This document shows, in pieces, positions 53,313 through 64,000 of a DNA stretch of 64,000 bases. The stretch spans positions 744,001 through 808,000 of the forward strand of contig CAKKNE010000002.1 in assembly GCA_918797485.1 (NCBI GenBank), in the 5' to 3' direction. Origin of the DNA: Pelagomonas calceolata (lineage: Eukaryota). The stretch's first letter is position 1; each line of letters starts with the position of its first letter. The position numbers were made by a program, and so were the translations under genes. The notes beneath the pieces are model-generated. The model was not told the DNA's origin. It worked only from the letters and a program-made list of their open reading frames with translations, and ran no database searches.

Positions 53313-56300
53313 ATGGGCCGCTCCTCCACGCTGCGCCCGCCGTCGAGCGGCTTAACATACCGAGAAGCGCGGGAGCTCTGCAACGAGCTCATGACGCGCG
53401 TCCAAGTCTCGACGCGGACGTATCGCTGGCGGCGCTACGACGACGTCTTCAGCAGCGGCGAAGCGGTAAATGCCCTCCTCAGCTTCCAGCAAGCACAGTT
53501 AACAAAACTAGCAGAAAATGAGGCCCAGGCCGCCTCCCAGCTCCAGACGCTCATGGACTACGGGTTTATTGGTCGAGTTTCCAAGAAAAACGACGAACTT
53601 ACGGGCTTAAATGAAAAGCACGCGAACGTGATCAAGGTGACGAACCACACGTACTACCGCTTCCGCAAGCAGGAACTAAGTTCCTGGCAGTTGCGGGTCG
53701 AGGTGTTGGAGGTCCGGAGTTCGGCCGGTGTCGCGGAGTCCGGTTCTGTGAGACTCGGCGTCGCGGGCCAGGCCCACGACCTCAGCGTCAAACGTATTAG
53801 TACAGAAAGAATCGCGACCTACGCGCCCGAGAGTAGCAGCGGCGACGCGTTCGTGGGCGGCGTCGACTTTGAAAGGGACGATGGTGCGCTCTCCGCGTTT
53901 TGAGGTGTTGCGGTGCCTTCACTTCATGCAAACGACTCGTCTCCATCAGAGAAGGCGCTGGGTGGTCTCTGGTCCAAATTTGAGCCGATTCGGACCGCGT
54001 CGCGAGACCGCGATGCTCCGCGCAGGTCTTGCGGTCGACTGCGCGTTCGGGAAGGGTCGACACGCGGTGCGGGCGTCGGGCGTGTTGCGCTTTGCGTTGA
54101 GGAGGGGCGCCATGGGCCAGCGGAAGGCGAGGCCGCTGTGGGTCGACGTCGCGCGCGCGCCGGTCGACGTGACCGTCGCGGGCTTGCAGACGGGTTTTGG
54201 ATTGGTCTCGCGGATGGCGCGGTCGGTCACGGGTTCGCAAACACCGCCTCCTGTTCAGAAGCGGACGCTCCTCAAGTCCATGAAGTCGTTTCGAAGCACG
54301 CAGGAGAGTTCGACCGACGACGTGCTTGGATTGTCCCTCGGAACGGGCGTCGACCTCCCAGTAGTGACATTTCGCGATGATGATGATCCCGCGGATGTAC
54401 TGAGAGCGCAGCGGAAGGCTCGGAATCGGGCGCCCTTTGTGGTTCTCAGAATGCCTTCGGTGCTTGAGGAGGATAGTATAGAAGCGGGCGACGACCTGTC
54501 GACGCGCATGCGGAAGAAAGCTGCTGCGAGACTAAGGAAGAAGGGCACGCGATCTCTCTCCCCGTTCCCGTCGCAGCGGGAGAAGGAGGCCGTGGTAGCG
54601 GTCAAGCTCGCCGCCTTCGCGACGCGACGAGAAGTGTCTGATGAACGAACCTCATTAACGAGAGCCGCAACGTCACCGACCTGGGGCTCGGAGGCGCTGC
54701 GACGAGACCTGGAGTCGAGGACCTGGCGCGTCTACGCGCGCGTCGGAGAAGTGCGCGGCGCGCGATGCAGCGTTCCCATCGTGATCAAGAGCCAAGTGGT
54801 CCTCGAGGTCGGCGCGAAGATCAGTTTTGAGAACACGACCACTACTAGTACGAAGACGACAAGGAAGCTCGATAGCTTGGCGAAGTTCACTAGACCAAGA
54901 GTGAAAGATTACGCGACGGACGGCGCCGACTTCAACGGCGAACGACTAGTTGTTGCGGCCTGCGTGCCGCGGTCGTCGGCACACTTACGGGTCAGTGTCT
55001 ACGAGCGCCTGAAGACGGATTTAGTAAGAACGAGACGGTTAGGCATCGCGACGATACCCCTAGACGAAGTGCCCGTGTTGTCTGCACCTTTAACAGGTGT
55101 CTCGCGTCGAAGTGTCGGGGCGTTCCTGTCGAACCTTCGGAGTCCGTCGGACATTTCTAGACGAGACATAGTGTGGATCCTCAAGAGCCTGGTGCATGCG
55201 TCAACACGAGCACTGAGACGAAGGTCCTCATTACTAGATCGACTATTGGCGCGCTACGACGACCCGTCGTCTCCCCCAAAACGGAGCCCCTCCACCGAAG
55301 GCTGGCGGTCCTCTTTGGAATCTGCAAGAGAGGCAGGGCAGACCAAGAAGCGCTTCTTCTTCGCGCGCGACGACGCGCTGCGACGGAAGGCGCGCGAGCC
55401 GGACCCGCGGACGTTCGCGCTCATCGCGGCGCCGCGGCGGAATGAAATAGGACGAGCTTATAGGAACGGCGCCGTGACACTATCTGTGTGGATGGCGCCG
55501 ACGCTGGCCGAGGGTCCTTCCCTCATCAGGTGGGCGTCGAAATACTTCCGGGAGCTGTGTGCCGGATTTATATCGTTAGTTGTGTTATTATCATGGATAC
55601 TGATAGGACGGACCACGGCCCTTACATTGCTGCTACTCCTACCTTTACCGCTGGTGTATGTGGAAATCCCCCAGTTCCTGGGCTGGTGCCTCCAGACCTA
55701 CATCAACCGATTGGCTCCCGGCATAAGGATGTCCATCGGCGCGCTACGGCTGTCGATGTGGATCGATAGGACGGATGTCGATCTGGAACGACGAAAAAAG
55801 GACGCCGACGAAGTGGACGACGACGCGCCGACGCTCGCGCGAGCTCGCCTCGCGGTCTGTGCGGACGTCGACGCCTTCGCGCTGCGACATCCGACGGATG
55901 CGGGGTATGCGCATTCCGATTTTGTGAGTGCGCGAAGTGTACGAGTCCAGCTATCGGTGGACCATCGCCTGTTGGACGGCCTCGCGAACTGGTTTCTGGG
56001 GAGGATACCGCTGAATTGGTCGCCCTTTCCCGGGCGGCATGCTGCATTACGCAAGCAGCGCGGCTTCGAGCCGACGCGCTTGGGGTGCGTGCGCGTCGAC
56101 GTGCTGAAGGTCGACCACGCGCGGTGCGCCTTCGACCACGCGCACGGCGAATTTAACGTCGCGCGCTTCACGCGGGACTTAGCTTCTGGAAAAGTGGCCA
56201 AAAAGCTTGGCGACGAACTCCCGCCGAACCAGCTACGGGTCGCGGTCGTCGGTGCCCAAAATCTCAAAGCTCGGAACGCCTTCGCGGTTGTTACTGTTAG

Positions 56301-58378
56301 GTCTTTTCGTAGCCAGACGGCGGTGCGGGAGGTCATAGATGGGGGCTGCGTCTGGAACGAGCGCTTTTCTTTTCCTTGTGCGCTCGCGGCGTCCCGTCGT
56401 GTTGTGAGCTGTTTCGGACCGCGTCGGGGCCGTCGCGGCGTGTCAGAGAGACAGCTTTCATGAAGATGGCGTCTTCACGAGACAGCGCCGCCGCGACGCC
56501 GTCGACGCGATGCCACATCACCGCGACGCTCCGCGCAGGTCCCGACCCCTCGGCCGTGCTCCACGTGGGAGTATATGATGCCGGAAGAGGTCTCAGCTCG
56601 CGCGCGTCCCTCGTGGCCCAGTGGCTCACGACGGCGAAAATGCTTATACTAGATCCAACAAATATATATTGCGACCCCGCCTCTCTACAGATATCTAGAG
56701 GTACATCGGTGGATGGTCTACCTAGATCGTTTGACCTGGAGGCCGACGTTAGGCTACGAGACCGTAGATTCGCGGGGTGTGTGGGACCGTTCCACCAGTC
56801 CGAAGCGACGGCCTCGCTACGAGTCTCGTACGGAAGAGACCCGGAAGGCGTCACGGCGGAACAGTTACTGGCTCTACGACCCTCCACAGCCTTGGAACAA
56901 CTCCGACAGAACTCCGAGGAAACCGGAAGAAAACTGGGCAACCAGAGCAACGTGGAGCGGATGTTGCGGGACTTTCCCCTGTTGTTCGACGTGCGCGACG
57001 TGGAATTGACGTCGCTGAACATGTACCTCAAGGACCTCTTCACGGGCTACCGGGGCGCGAAGGAGCGGTCCGCACAGAAAACGGCTAGTAAGTTGGAAAA
57101 GAAGGGCTGGGCCGCCTCCGAGGAAAAACATCCTGTCACCAAGTGCGCTCGCGGCGTCTTGTGGTGTTTTCACTTTGTTCATGTGACTCGTGTCCATCTC
57201 ACGATGACGTGGGTGGTTTCTTTTTCGATTTCGAGGCCATTCACGATGCTCCGCGCAGGCCCCTGTCTACCCTTACCGAAGATGACGCGGACTTGCGTGG
57301 GAGATTCAAAGATACCGTATTTGTGGATAAAGTGGACCTACGCAACAAATTGCGGGATGCTACTGCTCCCGAGGGTATTGATTTGTACGTGCTGGCTCGA
57401 AGTTTTGTCGGTTCGACCATACAACCCCTGTTCTCCGAGGCGGACGTCTTACAGTCGGGCTTCGGCCAGATTTTATCAGGAGTGTTCTCAGGAGGCGTCT
57501 TCGGCAACCATCGAAGACCAGGAGCTGTGAGTGCGGTGTCGCCGCCGCGGCCTCGGCAACCATCGACGCCTTCCGAGCTACCAAGGTCGTCCACCACTCC
57601 AAAGACGGCTTTACAGGGCTCTGTGCGTTCTAGAGACCCGAAGAGTAAAAAGCCGGCGGCGCGGCCGCTGGCGAAGCGGGCCTATGCCTATGTCGATCGG
57701 TTACGCGGGGCGTCCAAATACCTCGACGCCGACGACAACGCGCGCCTCGTCGAGGAGGCGTCGATCGACGGGTTTTTGCTGAAGCAGGTCCGGAGGAGCG
57801 TCGTGGGGTTGCCGGGCGTTAGTCGACCGACGAAATTTCATTTGGAGTGGTGCGAGCTGAAAGCGCGAACTTTATATTATACTCGTAGAGACCCGAAGAG
57901 CGGCGATAGTATCGGATTCACGAAGAAGCTGCGGTTGGGCACGAGGGCCTACGAGGCTCGGTTTACGAAGGACGAGATCGCCCTTCGAAGCTTAGCCCTC
58001 AAGGTCACGGAGGCCATGCTCGACGTGTCCATCATCAAGAAGAAGCCTGTGGAACCGATCGAGCAGCCGAAGAAGAAGGCCTTTCGGACCATAAGAAAGG
58101 AGATCACGTTGCGGGCTGCCGATTTAGCGACGGCGGCACGAGGCCCGTCGCTCGAGATGTGGTGGGCTTCGTTGGCGCCGGGGTGTGAGGCGGACGGCGC
58201 CTGGCACGACATCACGGCGTCGAGGGAGGTCGCTCGGCATAGTCCCCAAAGGAAAAGTTTCTTCTCGGACGACTCCGATGATGAAAGTGATGCGGAGACG
58301 ATCGTGAGCGAGGCGTCGCTGCCTCCTGATAGGGGCTCGTTCGGGTCCATGGCGTCTCTTACTAGTGCGCCCGTGTGA
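53313..58378 (+). CDS. Large DEP / C2 / TM / C2 / PH-like domain protein, 4 exons
   Basis: Introns 53884-54025, 56378-56538 and 57143-57258 join four ORFs in frame; RTYRWRRYDDVFSSGEAV, WNERFSF and IDGFLLK motifs. Confidence 0.7.
53884..54025 (+). mobile_element. Introner family B intron
   Basis: gtgcgctc..gccttcac..gactcgtctccatc..atgctccgcgcag. Confidence 0.8.
56378..56538 (+). mobile_element. Introner family B-related intron
   Basis: gtgcgctcgcggcgtccc..acgctccgcgcag ends with a different interior. Confidence 0.7.
57143..57258 (+). mobile_element. Introner family B intron
   Basis: gtgcgctcgcggcgtc..gactcgtgtccatct..atgctccgcgcag. Confidence 0.8.
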
Positions 58379-58685
58379 TGTGCTGTGGTCTAAGGAGCTC
58401 TTGTCGTTTACTACGAGTTCGTGCCCAGGCCCGGGGTCCACTCGTCGTGGGGGTCGGCATTGGCGGCGTTTCGTCTGTTTTTTTCGGTCCGCGTGCTTCG
58501 TTTGGACGCTTGGGTGGATTTTGTCCGGGCTGGGCGTAGCTGTGGCTGTGTAGATTTAAATTCAGCCGTCTGCCCTCCACGTTTGAATTTTGATGCTAGT
58601 TTCATCGCCCGGTACCGGTCTGAGGTTTGGTTATGCTTCTACACCAGTGCGTATGATGGCATATAAGCTCCGGACGGCCGCGCAA

Positions 58686-58709
58686 GCTAGCGGCCTGTAA
58701 GACACTAGC
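58686..58709 (-). promoter_or_regulatory. CTAG-bounded upstream motif
   Basis: Exact reverse complement of the 33460 copy, ~50 bp upstream of Ub-SKP1. Confidence 0.65.
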
Positions 58710-58757
58710 AATCAGCCTACCGGGGTCGAGGGCGCCAGTCTCATATCGCAAAGCACC

Positions 58758-59945
<1,188 letters not shown>

Positions 59946-59993
59946 GGTGTTTGCGTCTTCACCCTCTGTGTAAGAAACCTATAAAACTTCCGT

Positions 59994-60827
59994 TTACGCG
60001 AGCGCGGCGACGGCGAGCAGCAGTGGCCACGCGACGACGCCGGCCCGGGGCACGCGCCGGAAGCCCTCTTCATTGGGATTGGCGAGCGCGAAGCGGAGCA
60101 TCGCCGCCGCTATCATCAACGTCGTCAGCCCGAACGCGTCCGCGCGGTCGAGCGCCGGAGTTGTGGTGCCGGGGGCCGTCGGCGCGAGCAACGCCAGGTA
60201 GAGTCCCGTAGCGGCGAGGAAGGCGCCCGAGTTCCGCGTCGCGTGGAACCAGACGCGCGACTTGGGCGCGGTCAGCTTGTCGTGGAGCCGGAACGTGTAG
60301 TTGGGGTTGACGCCGAGCGTGAGTTCCGAGGTCAGGCCGTTGACGACGAGGATCGCCGCCGCGAGAAACTTCGACGGGCGGTCGAGCAGGCTCGCGGCGC
60401 CCAGTACGGCGACGGCGGCCGTCCACGCGGCGAGCGGCGCCTTCTTGAAACCGATGCTCTCGTAGAGCGGCGCGCAGGCCGCGAGGGCCACGGCGTTGGC
60501 GAGGTGCGACCACGCGTGCACCACGCTCGGGTCAATTAAGAGCACGGTGCAGAGGAAGCAGCGCCAGACCGCTGACGCGCGGCAGGCGACGAGGCCCTCT
60601 TTATCCTTGGCGTCGGCGACGACGAGTTCCGGATAGATGAATTCGCCGACCGCGTCGACCAGCGTGAGGCCGGCGCCACCGTATATCGCTGCGTCGCTGA
60701 TGTGGCCGCCGCCGCGCAAATTAAGGGCCAAGTTGGGTCCGGTTTTTGGCGCTGTTTTTGGACGAGTTATAGCCGCGCTCCGCCGCGCGAAACTTGCGAG
60801 GAGGATGGCAATGGTCAAAAACGACAT
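59994..60827 (-). CDS. Multi-pass membrane protein
   Basis: Signal peptide, LNLRGG motif and several hydrophobic segments. Confidence 0.65.
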   Translation of the reverse strand: MSFLTIAILLASFARRSAAITRPKTAPKTGPNLALNLRGGGHISDAAIYGGAGLTLVDAVGEFIYPELVVADAKDKEGLVACRASAVWRCFLCTVLLIDPSVVHAWSHLANAVALAACAPLYESIGFKKAPLAAWTAAVAVLGAASLLDRPSKFLAAAILVVNGLTSELTLGVNPNYTFRLHDKLTAPKSRVWFHATRNSGAFLAATGLYLALLAPTAPGTTTPALDRADAFGLTTLMIAAAMLRFALANPNEEGFRRVPRAGVVAWPLLLAVAALA

Positions 60828-61118
60828 TGAAATAACGCGTTCGACACGTAGCCGCAATAAAATTGGCCAGTCGAGCTTGTAAACCCGTTTTGATGGCGCA
60901 GTTTGCTGGCGCAGTCTTGCGCCTTCCAGGAGTCATCGCGGAGATCGCATGGCCGGCCAGAAGTGTGAAAGTCCCCCCCTTTCAAACGCAGGCTCTGCGA
61001 ACCATCTGCATGCCAGGCGCGGCGCCGCATATGGGCCGCATACATTGCTGGTTTCGGGTGTAGAGACGAGAAGGGATCCTGTCGGTCGTGCCCGTGATTT
61101 GTGCGCGAGGGGCAGCCA

Positions 61119-62270
61119 ATGGCGCGAACGAAACCCTCGGTAGCGGCAGCGGCAGCGGCACGGCGCGAGGCCGACGCCGCGTTGGAGGCGGCGCGGCGTC
61201 AGCACCTCGCCGCGTTGGAGGTAGAGGCAGCGGCCGGTGCCGCATATGCCCGGGCGAGGAACGATGGGGGCAGCATAAGCAGCATAAGCCCTGTGCAAGA
61301 GATACCGCCCAGGCCCGCATTGGGAGAGATCCTCTGCCGCTACGGCGCCGCCTGCTACCGACCGGACTGCCTATTCAAGCACCCCCCGGGGCGCGTCGCA
61401 CAAGCGCCCGCGTGCCGCGACGGCTGGCACTGCACGCGGAAGGATTGTGGCTTCACGCATCCCGCCGGCGTGCGCGAGGATGTCGAGCTGCCGTTCGAGG
61501 CGCGGAACGTTATCCTCGGCAACGGCGGCTGCGTCGTCCAGGAAATAAGGCGCCGCGTGCGCGACGCGCGCATTCACATCGAGACCGACTTCGACGCGGA
61601 ACGGATGGTGGCGGAGATCAAGGCGATGACGCCCGCGGCCCTCGAGCACGCGCGCGAGTACCTCGAATGGGCGGCGTTTTCCATGCTGCGCCGCGGCTTC
61701 AATCCTGATAAAGACATCCTGCGGAACAAGGAAGGACAGGTTAGCCAGTGCTTCAGCCGCTACTGGGATGCCATCCGACGCGAGAAGAAGCGACGCCTCG
61801 GGCGCAAGCTCACGAAGGGCGAGGTGCGCGGGGCGAAGCGCGTGGCGGCGGCGTACGTCGCCCCGCCCGCGCCGCGCTTCTTCTGCGAGCGTGAGTGGGA
61901 CCGCTTCGTCGTCGCGTCCGAGCGCGCCCGACCGCCGCCTCCGGCGTTTAGGAGCCGGAAGAGACGGCAGCGCTATGCCCGGTCCGCCGGCGACGGCGAA
62001 TTCTACGAGCGATGGGCCCGCGAGACGTTGCAGGGCGGCTCGCGGAAGCGCGGCCGCGACGACAGCCGCAGCCGCAGCCGCAGCCGCTCTCGCTCGCGCG
62101 ACGCCTCCTCCGTCTCCCGGACCGAAAACTACTACGACTCCGAGGGTTCCTGCGACTCCGGCGACCGAATTTGCGGTTTCTCTCCCGGTGACGTCGAGGA
62201 GCTCATGTGCCAGGGCGTCAAGCCCTGGGACGACGACGCGGGCGACGTGCTGGCCGCGCTCTACTACTAG
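61119..62270 (+). CDS. Tandem CCCH zinc finger, KH-like and RS-tract protein
   Basis: CRYGAACYRPDCLFKH, CRDGWHCTRKDCGFTH, VILGNGG and RSRSRS. Confidence 0.75.
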   Translation: MARTKPSVAAAAAARREADAALEAARRQHLAALEVEAAAGAAYARARNDGGSISSISPVQEIPPRPALGEILCRYGAACYRPDCLFKHPPGRVAQAPACRDGWHCTRKDCGFTHPAGVREDVELPFEARNVILGNGGCVVQEIRRRVRDARIHIETDFDAERMVAEIKAMTPAALEHAREYLEWAAFSMLRRGFNPDKDILRNKEGQVSQCFSRYWDAIRREKKRRLGRKLTKGEVRGAKRVAAAYVAPPAPRFFCEREWDRFVVASERARPPPPAFRSRKRRQRYARSAGDGEFYERWARETLQGGSRKRGRDDSRSRSRSRSRSRDASSVSRTENYYDSEGSCDSGDRICGFSPGDVEELMCQGVKPWDDDAGDVLAALYY

Positions 62271-62316
62271 GATATAAGAAAACGGGTGTTACAAAACTGA
62301 GGGGCGTGGGACACGA

Positions 62317-62698
62317 CTAGTCCTCCTCCTCCGCGCCCTGCGTCAGCCGCGTGTTCAGCTCGTCGATCGTCGAGCGCAGTTCCTCGCGCTCCTTTTTGAG
62401 ATCTTCGTTCTCCTGCCGCAGCGCGTCCACATCAATCCCCGTCGGCGCCCCCATGTACCTCTTGATGTAGTCGACGGCGTTCGGCGGCCGCTCGGGCTCC
62501 TCGTAGAGGCCGACGAGCACCTTCGTCAGCGCGTCGATCACACCGCTCTTCTCGAGGTACCTGCGCGGAGCATCGCGTCCGAACGGCCAAGATGGACACG
62601 AGTCGCGTCGACGGCGTGAAGGCGCCGCAGCACCGCGGGACGCCGAGAGCGCACTTGCGGAACTCCTCCTTCTTCGAGTCGGGCGTCTGGTACGCCAT
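62317..62698 (-). CDS. MYCBP: c-Myc-binding protein / FAP174 homolog
   Basis: DSKKEEFRK|YLEKSGVIDALTKVLVGLYEEPERP; intron 62561-62654. Confidence 0.9.
62561..62654 (-). mobile_element. Introner family B intron (short)
   Basis: gtgcgctctcggcgtcccg..gccttcacgccgtcgacgcgactcgtgtccatct..atgctccgcgcag. Confidence 0.8.
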
Positions 62699-62914
62699 GG
62701 TTGGGTGGCTGTGTTGCTTTGCTTAGAGCTAACTTGTGTTGTTAAAAGGCTGGAGGTGTGGCCGCGACGTCAACTCGCAAACCAGATACTTCCTAGCACA
62801 CGCACGCCTCCAATGAAGCCGAATACGTTCACAGTGTACGCACAGCGTCAAAGGGAGGCAGCTATTTTGGCCGGCAGGCAGCCAGCCGCTATTTTGGGCT
62901 AGTAGCTTTCGCTT

Positions 62915-62938
62915 GCTAGTGTCTTACGGGCCGCTAGC
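62915..62938 (+). promoter_or_regulatory. CTAG-bounded upstream motif
   Basis: gctagtgtcttacgggccgctagc, between divergent genes. Confidence 0.65.
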
Positions 62939-63079
62939 TCGGCTCGGCTTTGATCGACGTACGGCTTGCACAACTGCAGTTCTGGGCCTCCAGTGTTGCA
63001 TACTACATTGCTGTACTGCTGAGTCCACGCTGCCTAAATTGTAGCGGCATTGCTGCTGCTGCGGAGGAGCTAGGGTAGG

Positions 63080-64000
63080 ATGGGTGCAGCCCTCAGCAGC
63101 CCCCGGGAGGACCGGCCAAAGCTAAAGCCGGCCCGCAGCAGTTCACTGAGACGCATGTACGCATCAGCACGAGCGACGAGCTGGAGGGGCGCCGGCACGA
63201 CATCAATGGAAAACAGGGAGCGCCCGTCGCTCGACGACGAGCCCATCGAGAGAAGAGGCAGCGGCCAGACCGATACAGTAAGGTGGGGCGCCCACAACGC
63301 GCCGGCGCGCGCCGACGCGGACCGCTGGGCCGTCCACGTTTCTGGAGACGACGTCACGGCGGCGGTCTGCGACGGGCACGGTGTTGCCGGAGCGGCGCAC
63401 TGGGGCCGGGAGATCGCGGCGGAGGCGGCATCGATGCTCGCCGAGGGCATGGGGTTTGAGGCTTTTCAACAATTACATGAGGAGCGTTATGACGAGACGG
63501 TGCGCGCGGCCTTCGAGAAGCGTAGAGAGAGCTTCCGGGAGCAACACGGCTTCGACGCGCCCGGCGCCCTTCCCGCGGAGGGCGGCTGCACGGCGACGGT
63601 CGTGAACGTGGCACGTGGTTTACTAACTGTAAAATGGGTCGGCGACTCGCGCTGCGTTATTAAGGGGAGGGACGGGTCGGTTCGTGCGTTGACGACGGAC
63701 CACGCCGCATCGACGCATCGGGAGGAAGGGCTGAGGATCGAAAAGGCGGGCGGCGCCGTCGAGGGCGCCTACGTCGCCGCGCCGCGGGCCGAAGGTTTAT
63801 TGCAGGTCACGCGGTCGCTAGGGGACCGCGCGCACCATTTGGATGATGTGGTCCTGGCGACGCCGGAGGTCGTCTCTGTGTCGGTGGAGGACGCCGAGTT
63901 CGCGATCGTCGCGACGGACGGCGTCTGGGCCTTTGTGGACGATTCCCGAGCCGCCAGCGCGGTCGCCGACGCGCTATCAAAGTCGGACGACGTCTCCGCG
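63080..64000 (+). CDS. PP2C phosphatase, 3'-partial, N-myristoylation-like start
   Basis: MGAALS, CDGHG, GCTA, VGDSR, LTTDH, VTRSLGD and ATDGVW motifs. Confidence 0.9.
   Translation, partial: MGAALSSPREDRPKLKPARSSSLRRMYASARATSWRGAGTTSMENRERPSLDDEPIERRGSGQTDTVRWGAHNAPARADADRWAVHVSGDDVTAAVCDGHGVAGAAHWGREIAAEAASMLAEGMGFEAFQQLHEERYDETVRAAFEKRRESFREQHGFDAPGALPAEGGCTATVVNVARGLLTVKWVGDSRCVIKGRDGSVRALTTDHAASTHREEGLRIEKAGGAVEGAYVAAPRAEGLLQVTRSLGDRAHHLDDVVLATPEVVSVSVEDAEFAIVATDGVWAFVDDSRAASAVADALSKSDDVSA

Overview
Gene-dense, GC-rich eukaryotic genomic DNA, most consistent with a pelagophyte alga (Pelagomonas/Aureococcus type). This assignment is inferred from bipartite plastid presequences, short intergenic spacers and TIR/8-bp-TSD introner introns. 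About 36 protein-coding loci are present, including a plastid ATP/ADP translocator, RPL37, MnSOD, NDUFS5, flotillin, AP-3 sigma, malic enzyme, an S9 peptidase, MYCBP/FAP174, PP2C and a ubiquitin-SKP1 fusion. Splice models were built by hand from frame continuity and are not transcript-verified. Main non-genic signals: (1) a 20-25 bp CTAG-bounded motif (GCTAGTGTCTTACA..CGCTAGC), present once in most promoter-side intergenic regions and not seen in convergent ones; (2) two families of intron-generating MITE-like elements; (3) a core, ACGCCRTCGACGCGA, shared by unrelated introns in both orientations. Also present are a stop/start-coupled gene pair, inverted duplications and several broken genes. 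No rRNA, tRNA or CRISPR was recognised.
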